From: an uncultured Myxococcales bacterium
GTDB taxonomy: Bacteria; Myxococcota_A; Bradymonadia; REDH01
Assembly: GCA_965367675.1 (NCBI GenBank)
Contig: CBDUJZ010000010.1
Location: forward strand, 175 to 64,174
DNA: 64,000 nt
Reading direction: 5' to 3'
Notes under the pieces: generated by a model
What the model was told of the DNA's origin: nothing
Databases searched by the model: none
The model's input: the letters and a program-made list of their open reading frames with translations, nothing else
Made by a program: the position numbers and the translations under genes
Part shown: piece by piece, positions 1 to 9,428 of the stretch
How positions within the stretch are numbered: the first letter of the stretch is position 1
How the letters are laid out: each line of letters opens with the position of its first letter

Positions 1-2
1 TG

Positions 3-1406
3 GTGGCGGACCTCGACGGCGATGGCGTCACCGAGCTGCTCGCGCCCCGCGAAGGCCTGATCCTGGTGTACGACTGGGACGGCGCGGTGCGCCTGCGCTT
101 GGAGGTCCCCGGGCGCGTGTGGGCCTCTCCGATCGTGGTCGATTTGATACCGGAACGGCCGGGGCTCGAGATAGTGGCGACCGTCCGCGGCGCGCTGTTC
201 GCGTGGGACGCGCAAGGCGCCGCGCTCGCTGGATTCCCGGTCACGGCGGTCGATGAACTGCGCTCGCTGGCCGCGGGAGACCTCGACGGCGACGGCGACT
301 TGGAGCTGGTGGTGGCCTCGACGCGGACGGTCACCGCTCCAGGCGCTCCGACGGGCGACGTGCTCTACGCATTTCACCACGACGGCTCCGCGGTGGCTGG
401 ATTTCCTCCCATCGGCGGCGGCGCGTCGGGCTGCGACGACTGGTGCTTCAGCGCCGGCGCGTTCGACCAAAACCTGGCGGTGGGCGACCTGGACGGCGAC
501 GGCCGCGACGAGGTCGTGCTCACCCAGGACAACGCCTACTTTTCGGTCCACCGCGGCACCGGCGAGGTCTGGCCCAGCGCGGGCATCTTCGACTTCCCCA
601 CGCGGGTGCTCGGCGTGCGCATGATGCACGACTACGCCCTGTCGCAGCAGGGGTACCCGAACGATGAGCAGCGCGACTTGCAGGCCCACGGCACCAACTC
701 GCCGCCGGCCATCGCGGACCTGGACGGCGACGGCGTCCCCGAGCTCGTAATGGTCACCTCCGCCCAGACCGCCAACCAGCTGGACCGCGAGCGCGGCGTG
801 GCGTTGTGGGTGCTGCGACCCGACGGCACCCGTCCGCCCGGCTGGGAGTCGCCACTGCATCTCCCGGCGTATTTGGCCGGCCTGGGCGTGTTCGAGGGGG
901 CCAACCTGCCGGAGGCCAGTCAGGCGGTCGCGATCGCGGACATCGACCCATCGCCCGGCCTCGAAGTGGTGTTCCCGGGGCTCGACGGGCAGCTTCACGC
1001 GGCGTCCGCGTCCGGCGTGCTGTTATGGTCGCTGCGCATCACCGACTCCACGCAGGTGCTCGTCGCGGCGCCGGTCATCGCCGACCTATCGGGAGATGGA
1101 CGTCCCGAGATCGTGGTCACCACGTGGGGGCCAGCTGCGGGCGCGCACGCGCTGACGATCGTGTCCGCCGCCGGCGAGGCGCTGCACCGCGTACCGCTGC
1201 CCGACCCCGGCTCCATGGCGGCCCCCACGATCGCGGACGCGAACGGCGACGGCGTGCTCGAGATCGTCGTCAACGTGTCCGGCGGCGTCGACGGCGTGCC
1301 GCAGCTGATGGCGTTCACCGTGCCCGGCTCGTCTGCGAACTGCCTGCCGTGGCCGACCGGGCGCGGAAACGACCTACGCAACGGAACGATTCGCCACGCA
1401 CAGTGA
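3..1406 (+). CDS. FG-GAP/VCBS-repeat protein (5' partial)
   Basis: Repeated DLDGDG / D-x-D-G-D-G calcium-binding FG-GAP-like motifs across the whole ORF. The ORF runs from the window edge, so the 5' end is probably truncated. Confidence 0.5.
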   Translation: MADLDGDGVTELLAPREGLILVYDWDGAVRLRLEVPGRVWASPIVVDLIPERPGLEIVATVRGALFAWDAQGAALAGFPVTAVDELRSLAAGDLDGDGDLELVVASTRTVTAPGAPTGDVLYAFHHDGSAVAGFPPIGGGASGCDDWCFSAGAFDQNLAVGDLDGDGRDEVVLTQDNAYFSVHRGTGEVWPSAGIFDFPTRVLGVRMMHDYALSQQGYPNDEQRDLQAHGTNSPPAIADLDGDGVPELVMVTSAQTANQLDRERGVALWVLRPDGTRPPGWESPLHLPAYLAGLGVFEGANLPEASQAVAIADIDPSPGLEVVFPGLDGQLHAASASGVLLWSLRITDSTQVLVAAPVIADLSGDGRPEIVVTTWGPAAGAHALTIVSAAGEALHRVPLPDPGSMAAPTIADANGDGVLEIVVNVSGGVDGVPQLMAFTVPGSSANCLPWPTGRGNDLRNGTIRHAQ

Positions 1407-1516
1407 CCCGTCACGGGGCCGCCCGTCTCCGCGGGCGGATGTTGATCCAGGTGGTGACTAGCCTTTCAGGGCCGCCACTCGCCCGCTATGCTTCGGAGAC
1501 CCCAACGTCCTGAAGT

Positions 1517-2545
1517 ATGAAAATCTCAGCAGTCTTCGCGACTTATAACGTCGAGAAGGAGATCGTGATCCTGCTCGACTCCTTGCTCGCGTCCACCATT
1601 CCTGTGGACGAGGTGTGCATCTGCGACGATCGGTCCACCGATCGCACGCTCGAAGTCATCGACTCGTACCGCGACCGATTCACGTTCCGCGTGACCCAGA
1701 ACGAGGTGAACAGCGGGGTCACCGCCACACGCAACGCCGCGTGGGCGCAGGCCACCTGCCCGCTCATCCTCATGCTGGACCCCGACATCCGCATGTACCC
1801 CGACACCATCGAGCGGCTGCTCGCGGTGATGGACTCCTCGGGCGCCGACGTGGTCACCGGCGGCTACACCGACGTGGCGCTCGATAAGAGCTGGTTCTCG
1901 CAATACTACGCCCTGTTCGCCCACCACTCCTTCTTGGTCGCCAACGCGCCGTTTGAGTACAACGTGTTCAACGCGTGGTGCGCGCTCAGCAAGGCCGAGG
2001 TCCTGCAAGCCGTCGGCGGATTCGGCGAGATCGAACGCGGCGTCGAGATCGAGAACGAGCTGCTCGGCCGGCGCATCGTCGCCAAGGGCTTCAAGCTGCT
2101 GCTCGACCCCTCCAACTGCGTCGACCACCACTGGGGCGGCTACCGCAAGCTGCGCTTCATCTTCACGTCGCGCGTGTACTGGTGGGTCAAAACCTACTTC
2201 GCCGACGGCCTGCAGTTCGAAGACGCCATGACCACCTCGTCGTACGGGTTCGCCAGCCTCGCGCTGCCCGCCGCTGTGGCCACGCTTCCGCTCGGGCTGG
2301 TCTCCCCCGCGGCGCTCGTCATTCCGGGCGCGCTGTTCGCCGGCTTCCTCGCCGGCTACGCCCCGTTCTACCGCTTCGTCTTTTCCCGCCGAGGCACGAT
2401 GTTTACGATCGCCTGCATCGGCGTGAGCGGATATTTTTCGTTCTTCGTCACGGCCAGCGCCCTGCGGTCTGCCATCGAAGAGGTCATTCACCGGTTCACC
2501 TCCGGCGAGTTCACGCTCAGCTACCAATACGCCCATGAACGCTAG
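1517..2545 (+). CDS. Family 2 glycosyltransferase with C-terminal membrane helices
   Basis: N-terminal GT2 signature (KISAVFATYNVEKEI…CICDDRSTDRT, DPD motif). The C-terminal third is hydrophobic. Confidence 0.7.
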   Translation: MKISAVFATYNVEKEIVILLDSLLASTIPVDEVCICDDRSTDRTLEVIDSYRDRFTFRVTQNEVNSGVTATRNAAWAQATCPLILMLDPDIRMYPDTIERLLAVMDSSGADVVTGGYTDVALDKSWFSQYYALFAHHSFLVANAPFEYNVFNAWCALSKAEVLQAVGGFGEIERGVEIENELLGRRIVAKGFKLLLDPSNCVDHHWGGYRKLRFIFTSRVYWWVKTYFADGLQFEDAMTTSSYGFASLALPAAVATLPLGLVSPAALVIPGALFAGFLAGYAPFYRFVFSRRGTMFTIACIGVSGYFSFFVTASALRSAIEEVIHRFTSGEFTLSYQYAHER

Positions 2546-4073
2546 CAACTTGCCTCACCGCACCGCCTCAGCCCAAGCGGCCGACGATTTCGTGTTGCTC
2601 TGCTACTCGCGCAACACGCCGTACGACTACGACGCCCACACGCCGCTCTCCATCCTCGCGCTCGGCACCTACCTCGAGACCAAAGGCGTCAACGTCGAGT
2701 ACTTCGACGAGCGGGTGCAGACCAAGCAGTACTTCGACGCCTTGCTCGCGCGGCGCCCGTCGGTGGTCGGCTTCTCCGTCATCGGTGGGTTCCAGCTGTC
2801 GTCGGCGTCCAAGCTCTCCAAGCAGGTCCGGGAGAGTTCGCCAGGTACGTGCATCGTCTGGGGCGGCGTGTTCCCGACCACCATGGCCGAGCTGACCTTA
2901 CAGGAGTCGTACGTCGACGCCGTGGTCATCAGCGAGGGCGAGGAGACCCTGCTCGAGATGTATCACGCGCTGCATAACGGCACGTCGCTCACCGAGGTCC
3001 CGGGCCTCGTGACCCGCGACGATGCGGGCGAGATCGTGCGCACCGCCAAGCGCTCCCTGCCGAGCGTCGAAGAGCTGCCGTTTGTGTACCAAGGCAAGGC
3101 GCTCGACATGCTCCGCATGTACATCGAACGCGGCTCCGTGCGCGAAGCCGTCGGCTACGAGGGCTCACGCGGCTGCCCGTTCAAATGCACCTTCTGCTAC
3201 AGCCCCAACTTCCACGACAACACGCGCACCAAGTCCGTCGAAAAGGTGCGCTCCGAGCTCCAACAACTGCGCGCGCTCGGCGTCGACGATATCGACATCT
3301 ACGACGACACGCTGTTTGGCGCCCGCAAGCGCATGTTTCCGCAATACATGGGTGCGCTACGCGACTTCGGGTTCACGTGGATCGGCAACCTGCGCATCAA
3401 CATGCTCACCGCCGACATGCTCAAGGACATGGAGACGTCGGGCTGTAAGTGGATCTACTTTGGCATCGAATCGCACAGCGACGAGGTGCTGCGGGTGCTG
3501 CGCAAAGGCATCACCGCCGACGATATCGACAAGGGCATCGCGCTGATGCGCAACTCCAAGATCCCGGCCGTCTACTCGCTCATCTACGGGCTGCCGCTCG
3601 ACGATCTGCCGTCCGATGTAGACCAGGTGCTGGACTTCGCGGAGTGGATTCACAACCGGCACCCCGAGGCCGAGATTCAGATCCAGTCGTTCGTCGCGCT
3701 GCCGGGCACGGACCTGTACCCCAACGCGGTCAAGCACGGCTTCCGGGCGCCCGAGAAGCTGCTCGACTGGGTGGACCACGACCACTTCGGCGTGACCAAC
3801 CCGTGGCTCGACGACCCCCGCCTGGGGCCCAAGATCTACGTCTCGAGCTTCCTCGCGTACCGCTACCATCGCCACCTATCGCACATGCCCATGAAGCTGG
3901 TCGCGTTGCCGCTGCACAAGCTCAGCTTGGCACGTCTAAAGACCCGTCGCTTCGGCGTTTTCTGGGAGCACGTGGCCTACAAGGGCTACACGACGGCCAC
4001 CAAGCTGCGCACCGACCTGCACTACGCGATGGTCGATGTGCGGTCGCGTTTGGCGAGCAGGCGCAGCAGGTAG
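2535..4073 (+). CDS. B12-binding radical SAM protein
   Basis: Cobalamin-binding-like N-terminal domain followed by a radical SAM CxxxCxxC box (GCPFKCTFCYS). It overlaps the upstream GT2 gene by 11 nt. Confidence 0.7.
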   Translation: MNASNLPHRTASAQAADDFVLLCYSRNTPYDYDAHTPLSILALGTYLETKGVNVEYFDERVQTKQYFDALLARRPSVVGFSVIGGFQLSSASKLSKQVRESSPGTCIVWGGVFPTTMAELTLQESYVDAVVISEGEETLLEMYHALHNGTSLTEVPGLVTRDDAGEIVRTAKRSLPSVEELPFVYQGKALDMLRMYIERGSVREAVGYEGSRGCPFKCTFCYSPNFHDNTRTKSVEKVRSELQQLRALGVDDIDIYDDTLFGARKRMFPQYMGALRDFGFTWIGNLRINMLTADMLKDMETSGCKWIYFGIESHSDEVLRVLRKGITADDIDKGIALMRNSKIPAVYSLIYGLPLDDLPSDVDQVLDFAEWIHNRHPEAEIQIQSFVALPGTDLYPNAVKHGFRAPEKLLDWVDHDHFGVTNPWLDDPRLGPKIYVSSFLAYRYHRHLSHMPMKLVALPLHKLSLARLKTRRFGVFWEHVAYKGYTTATKLRTDLHYAMVDVRSRLASRRSR

Positions 4074-4951
4074 GGCAGGCCGATGAGGCCCACCGCCGCC
4101 GGTAGCACGTACTCGATGCCGTCCACGAACAGGCCGAGCGCGACGCCCTGCTCACGGCACAGACCTTGGATGAACACCGCGACCAGGTTCTCGCGTACGC
4201 CGAAGCCGCTGATGCTCGCCGGAAGCGCCGCCAAGAACTGAATCGGCGGGTACGCCGCCGCCGCTTGCACCCGGTTCACGTCGAAGTGCAGCGCGTGCAG
4301 CGCCAGAAAGAACACCAGCGTCTCTGTGCACTGCCGGAGAATGCCGAGGAAGAGCAGCCAAGCGCGGGTCGCGGCGGGAAAGCACGGGCCGAGCATATCG
4401 ACCGCCGGCGCCAGGCCCGGGATGTGCCCCGCCAGGCGTCGCAGCGGCCCTTCGAACAGCAGCGCCGCCGGTCCGAGCAGCGCCAGGCCGAGCAGCGCCA
4501 CCTCTTGAACCGGGTCGTTGGTGCGCAACGTGAGCTGCGCGACGCCTACGACGCAGGCCAGGCCCGCCAAGCTGTAGAGCTTGTCGATGAGCACCAACTG
4601 CGCGGCGTCCATCACCGACACTTCGCGTTGCGCGCGCAGCCCGGCGACCAGGGCGAGGTGGCCGAGCGAGAAGGGCACAAATGTGGCCAGCGGCAGCGCG
4701 CCGATCCACAGGCGGGTGATGTTCCAAAGGCGCGCCGATTCGCCACACGCGCGCACCACCTGGTGGAAGTGAAACGCGCTCACAAACAGGTTGAACACCA
4801 GCGAGATCGCCACCGCGAGCAGGACGGGGCCGAGCGCCGCGTCGCGGAACTGGTCGTAGCCGTCGAAGTGCCAGAGCGTGAGCCCGAATAGCAGCGCGGA
4901 GACAATGGGTGGAACGAGTTGAAGCGCTCGTCGGCGCTGCTTCTCTGTCAC
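4022..4951 (-). CDS. UPF0104 / lysylphosphatidylglycerol-synthase-TM-like (flippase-like) membrane protein
   Basis: Polytopic hydrophobic protein resembling the LPG-synthase TM / UPF0104 family. The proposed GTG start overlaps the asnB-like stop as GTGA (plus-strand 'tcac' at 4948–4951). The ORF track extends the ORF to 5023. Confidence 0.45.
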   Translation of the reverse strand: MTEKQRRRALQLVPPIVSALLFGLTLWHFDGYDQFRDAALGPVLLAVAISLVFNLFVSAFHFHQVVRACGESARLWNITRLWIGALPLATFVPFSLGHLALVAGLRAQREVSVMDAAQLVLIDKLYSLAGLACVVGVAQLTLRTNDPVQEVALLGLALLGPAALLFEGPLRRLAGHIPGLAPAVDMLGPCFPAATRAWLLFLGILRQCTETLVFFLALHALHFDVNRVQAAAAYPPIQFLAALPASISGFGVRENLVAVFIQGLCREQGVALGLFVDGIEYVLPAAVGLIGLPYLLRLLAKRDRTSTIA

Positions 4952-6903
4952 CGGAGGTAGTCTTTGAAGGACCGGTCGTGCACGAAGACGTCGAACCACA
5001 CGAGTAGGTTCAGGATGCTCCACAGCGCGCGCCCGTGGTCACGCTTCTTGGACACGTGCTCCTGCCACAGGCGGTCGACGGTGCCGAAGTCGAGGAAGCC
5101 GCAGCGCTCTACGTGGGCCTTGCTGAAGTACTCTTCGGCGAGGGGGCGGAACTCGTTGAGGAACCACAGCGAGTGCGGCATCTCGAGTCCAAAGTTCTTC
5201 CGCCCGCTGATGGCCTTGGGCATGCGCCCGCGCATGGCGAGCTTTTGCATGTAGCGCCCCTGGAAGCCCTTGAGGCGCAGGTTGGAAGGCAGCGTGGCCG
5301 CGAAGTCGAACAGCTGCCGGTCCATGTACGGGAAGCGGCCTTCGATGGAGTGCGCCATCATGGTGCGGTCGTTTTTCACCATCAGGTCGCCGATGAAATA
5401 CGTCTGCAGGTCGAACACCGAGATGCGGTCGAGCACGCGCGGGGCGTCGATCTGCGCGTACCACTCCGTGGCCCAGTCGCTGGTCGAGGGCACGTCGTGC
5501 CAGTCCGGCATGAGGGCGCGCTTGTCGGTCTCGGTGAGCGTGTGGCGCCAGTGCAGGTGGGAGGCCGGCACGTTCATCTCGCAGCCCTCGGTGAACCGCT
5601 TGGCCACAAAGTCGAAGCTGAGCTTGCGGTAGTCGGTGGGCAGCTTGTGGGCCACCGCCGAGATCACGCGGCGCACCATGGCGGGCGTGAAGCCGCGGTA
5701 GAGCATGCGGGCCTTGGCGGCGCGGTGCGTCTCGTAGGCGGTGAAGGTCTCGTCGCCGCCTTCGCCGTTGAGCAGCACCGTCACGTGCTCAGTCGCGTAC
5801 TTGGCCAGCAGATACGACGGGATGGCCGCGCCGTTGCCGCTCGGCTCGTCCATGTACGCCATGTGCTCCACGAGCGCGCCCATCACATCCTTGGGCCCCA
5901 CGCGGACCTCGTGGTGGATGGTGTTGCACGCCTCCGCCATGATGCGCTGGTACTTCGACTCGTCGAAGCTCGGCTCGTCCATGGCGATGGAGAAGGTGTG
6001 GATCTCGCGGTCGGGTCCCACGATCTCACGGCCGAGCGCGAGCATGGAGCTGGTGTCGAAGCCGCCGCTGAGCGTGAAGCCGAGGGGCGCGTCGGCGATC
6101 AGGTTGCGGCGCACGCTGTCGCGCATCTGCTCGTACAGCGCTTCGCCGAGCTCCTCCTCGGTGGCGTCCAGGTTGGGCGCGTAGGTGGGCTCGTAGTAGG
6201 CGCGTTCTTGGACCGTACCGGAGGTCAGGTCGACCTCGATGAGCTGGCCGCCCTGCAGCTCTTCAATCTGGGCGAACGGCGTGTGCCGCCCCGGAATGTA
6301 GGCGAGGGTAAAGTAGTGGTAGAGCCCTTCGCGATCGAGCGTGCCGTCGAAGTGCGGCAGGTCGAGGAAGGCCTTGATTTCACTCGCGAAATACAGCCGG
6401 TCCGCGGTGCGTGAGATGAACAGGGGGCGGATGCCGTACTGGTCTCGCACGATCCACGCCTTGTTCGTGCGGGCGTCGTAGAGCGTGAACGCGTACATGC
6501 CGCTCAGGTGGCGGCAAAAATCGATGCCGAGCTCCTCGTACAGGTGCAGCACCACCTCGGTGTCGGAGGTGCTCTTGAAGGCGTACTTCTTGTCGAGGTT
6601 GAACTGCTTGATCAGCTCGCGGAAGTTGGTGACCTCGCCGTTGTAGGCGAGCACCACGTTGCCGTCGGCGCTGCGCATCGGTAGGTCGCCGGCGGGCGAC
6701 AGGTCGAGCACCTGCAGGCGGGTGTTGCCGAGCACACAGCGGTCGGCGTCAAAGAACCCACGGCTGTCCGGACCCCGGTGATGGAGTAGCGCTGCCATCT
6801 GGCGAACTTGGTTGTTTGCGTCGCTCCCGAGCGACGCACCCAACCCCAAAACTCCCGCGATTCCACACACTGGCGACGTCCTTCGGCAATGGCCGTACGA
6901 CAA
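4948..6903 (-). CDS. Asparagine synthetase (glutamine-hydrolysing) family amidotransferase, AsnB/WbpS-like
   Basis: N-terminal Cys nucleophile (CGIAGV…), PP-loop SGGFDTSS, and a full-length ~650 aa AsnB architecture. The true start is probably a few codons inside the ORF, near the MCGIAG-like motif. Confidence 0.8.
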   Translation of the reverse strand: MSYGHCRRTSPVCGIAGVLGLGASLGSDANNQVRQMAALLHHRGPDSRGFFDADRCVLGNTRLQVLDLSPAGDLPMRSADGNVVLAYNGEVTNFRELIKQFNLDKKYAFKSTSDTEVVLHLYEELGIDFCRHLSGMYAFTLYDARTNKAWIVRDQYGIRPLFISRTADRLYFASEIKAFLDLPHFDGTLDREGLYHYFTLAYIPGRHTPFAQIEELQGGQLIEVDLTSGTVQERAYYEPTYAPNLDATEEELGEALYEQMRDSVRRNLIADAPLGFTLSGGFDTSSMLALGREIVGPDREIHTFSIAMDEPSFDESKYQRIMAEACNTIHHEVRVGPKDVMGALVEHMAYMDEPSGNGAAIPSYLLAKYATEHVTVLLNGEGGDETFTAYETHRAAKARMLYRGFTPAMVRRVISAVAHKLPTDYRKLSFDFVAKRFTEGCEMNVPASHLHWRHTLTETDKRALMPDWHDVPSTSDWATEWYAQIDAPRVLDRISVFDLQTYFIGDLMVKNDRTMMAHSIEGRFPYMDRQLFDFAATLPSNLRLKGFQGRYMQKLAMRGRMPKAISGRKNFGLEMPHSLWFLNEFRPLAEEYFSKAHVERCGFLDFGTVDRLWQEHVSKKRDHGRALWSILNLLVWFDVFVHDRSFKDYLR

Positions 6904-7106
6904 CGACCCTGCCCGTATCGGCTACCGGGCGAGGCGCGTTCGGTCAAGTGCAGATGCGGGCGTCGCTCCTAACGCCGGTGCCTCATTTGGCTCAGCGAAT
7001 CCGTACGGTCAGGGCCGGCGCGGCGCTGGTCTAGGCTCGCCAAACGTTCGACGGCGGATGCTTTCAATTGATAGAATGCGCCACCGGACCGTGTTAGCCT
7101 CCGCGC

Positions 7107-9428
7107 ATGTCGACCAACGCGGAAGCCGTCTGGTGTGCTCCTCCATTCGGAGCTCATTTTTGGCGAGTATGGCTAGTTTTCGCGCTGCTGCTCGTGGCGC
7201 CGCGCCTGCACGCGCAGCCCGAGCCCACGCCGCCGCCGGCCGAACCGGGAGTAGAGGCGACCACCGCAGGTTGGGTGGAGGCGGGCACTGACGCGCTCGG
7301 GCCGGTCTTGGCTGTGGGCGAGGTCATCGCCGGCTGGACCGTCTCGCACGTGGACGCGCAGGCCGAGTTTCAGCGGGCTTTTTTCACGTTGGATGGCGCG
7401 ACGACCGGCGTTGAGATCCTGCGGCGTCCGGGGGAGGAGCAGGTGACCGTGCAGTCCGCGCCCGAAATGTCGCCGCCGGAGGAGCTGCTGGTTGCTGTCA
7501 CCGCGCGGGCCGCCTCGATCGACTGGACGGGGATCGATCGGCTCGGTGGCGAGCTGGTCGCTGACGTCCGCAGTGACGACCAAGATGTGGAGGTGCATCG
7601 GTTGCAGGAGTGGCCGAACCCGGTCCGCCGCACGTGGCCGTTCTTGCTTGTGGTTTTTCTGGCCATCGTCGGGGTCGAGGCGTCGCACGCGTTCCGTGCT
7701 GCCCCGCGTGCGTTCGCGCATTGGACCCGGAAGGACACGCTCTTTTGCATGGCGGTTAGCGTCGGGATTGTGCTGGCGTGCCGTGACTATCCGTTGCTTC
7801 ACGACGCCGTGTCAGACCTGCAGTTGGGGCTGATGGTGGCTGCAGATGCGTCCCTCTCGCGCGGCGTGACGTCGTCGGTGGGGCTGGCCCAAGGCGCGCT
7901 TTGGGCCCACCTGCTCGGCTTCGGATTTCGCTGGGGCTTTGGGCTGCAGGCCATCCCGGTGCTGCTCATCACGCTGCACATAACCGTGCTGGCGCTGTGG
8001 TGGCGCCGGCTTACGGAGCTGAGCAACGCGCGCGGCATGCTGGCGTGGTTCGTCATTGTCGTGCACGTGATGCTGATCCTCGGCTCGATCATCACGCGCC
8101 TGCAGCACGACGTGCTGCTCTGGCCCGCTGCGGTGCTGTTCGCGCTCGCGCTCGACCGAGCGGTGCAGACCGGCCGGCTCACCGCGTTCGCTTTGGCGGC
8201 GTTTGCGTTCGCGTTTTGCATGGAGGCCCATTTTTCGGCGGTGCAGTTTGCGCCGATCCTGCTGGCCGCTGCGTTGCTCGCGTGCCGCCGCCCAGTGATT
8301 GGAGCGGCGCTGGTGATCGGCATTGTGGGGTGGACCGAGTGTCTGATCTCGCTGCGGACGCTGCAGCTGTTCATGGCGCTGCTCCCTTCTCCCCAGCTGG
8401 CCGGATTGGGCATCGCCGCCGGTGTGGTCGGTGTGGCGCTCGGCGCCCGGGTCGCCCGCCGTCGCGGGGTGGACCCGCGGGCTGGCGTGGCGATCGCCGT
8501 GGGGCTGCTCTTAGGCTTGAGCGCCCTGGCATCGCTGGTGATCGTCGCGAGCGTGCCCGTGCGCTACTACTTGCTCGCGCTCCCGCTGCTGTCGGTCTTC
8601 GGCCCGCTGCAACGGCTGCCGCGCGCGAGCTCCAAGCGCCGAATCATCATGTCCGTTGTGCTCGCACTGCTGTGCTTCAAGCTGTTGCCACTGGACCGTA
8701 ATCGCAGCGCGCGGCCGCGGGCGTGGATGCTCTCCGATGCCGTGGCGCTCGAGCCCGTGTTGGTGTCGTTCGGCAACTACACCGACCTGCTCACGCGCCT
8801 GCGCGCGCCCAACCGCACGCCGCTGTTAGTCGCCACCGGTCACGCCAGCGCGAGCGCCACCTCCAACGCGACTCCCGGGACCGTCTTCGAGCTGCTCCGC
8901 GTGCCGGACACCACCGTCGTCCCTCCGCGTTGGACGCGCGTCCGCCTGCGCGGGCGCATGGACGCCTTCTACCGCGTGCAGCCCTCTGCGCTGCCCGCCG
9001 CCACCATGCAGGTGTGCCTGGACGGGGTGTGCCATCTGGCGCCCGAGTTATCGGCGCTGGCGACGCCGAACCTCGACGGCGCGATCGTGATGTCGATGGC
9101 CGAGCACCAGTGGTACGAAGTTGACGTCACGCCTGGGCTCCCGCCGGTCGACGTGGTGCCGATTCCGCAGGAATGGACCCGCATTCCCCCATGCGTTCCG
9201 GTGGTCATAGACGCCGATCGCCCCGAACGCCTGAACGAGACGCTGCGGCTCGATGGCGCCGTCGAGCACGTCCGCTTTGAGTTCCGTGACAGCTGTCTGT
9301 ACGGCCGCATCCGCATGCCCAACTGGGTGGAGCTCAACGCGGACGATCAGCCGATCGCCGCCGCGCTCGCCCTGCAGCTTCGGCTGCTACGCGAGCGCGA
9401 GATGCTGCACTACCGAGGTGAGCCGTAG
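7107..9428 (+). CDS. Large polytopic membrane protein of unknown family
   Basis: 773 aa. A signal-like N-terminus and ~140 aa soluble domain are followed by ≥10 predicted TM helices (residues ~170–480) and a ~290 aa C-terminal soluble domain. I recognise no catalytic motif. Confidence 0.45.
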   Translation: MSTNAEAVWCAPPFGAHFWRVWLVFALLLVAPRLHAQPEPTPPPAEPGVEATTAGWVEAGTDALGPVLAVGEVIAGWTVSHVDAQAEFQRAFFTLDGATTGVEILRRPGEEQVTVQSAPEMSPPEELLVAVTARAASIDWTGIDRLGGELVADVRSDDQDVEVHRLQEWPNPVRRTWPFLLVVFLAIVGVEASHAFRAAPRAFAHWTRKDTLFCMAVSVGIVLACRDYPLLHDAVSDLQLGLMVAADASLSRGVTSSVGLAQGALWAHLLGFGFRWGFGLQAIPVLLITLHITVLALWWRRLTELSNARGMLAWFVIVVHVMLILGSIITRLQHDVLLWPAAVLFALALDRAVQTGRLTAFALAAFAFAFCMEAHFSAVQFAPILLAAALLACRRPVIGAALVIGIVGWTECLISLRTLQLFMALLPSPQLAGLGIAAGVVGVALGARVARRRGVDPRAGVAIAVGLLLGLSALASLVIVASVPVRYYLLALPLLSVFGPLQRLPRASSKRRIIMSVVLALLCFKLLPLDRNRSARPRAWMLSDAVALEPVLVSFGNYTDLLTRLRAPNRTPLLVATGHASASATSNATPGTVFELLRVPDTTVVPPRWTRVRLRGRMDAFYRVQPSALPAATMQVCLDGVCHLAPELSALATPNLDGAIVMSMAEHQWYEVDVTPGLPPVDVVPIPQEWTRIPPCVPVVIDADRPERLNETLRLDGAVEHVRFEFRDSCLYGRIRMPNWVELNADDQPIAAALALQLRLLREREMLHYRGEP

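Noticed and set aside
253-1513. Multiple alternative-frame ORFs (253–624, 806–1513, 995–1414) inside the FG-GAP gene
   Set aside because: They overlap a frame with repeated DLDGDG motifs. The alternative frames are Arg/Pro-rich with no features.
5035-6414. 459-aa plus-strand ORF antisense to the asnB-like gene
   Set aside because: Low-complexity V/G/A/R-rich translation. The opposite strand carries the AsnB catalytic motifs.
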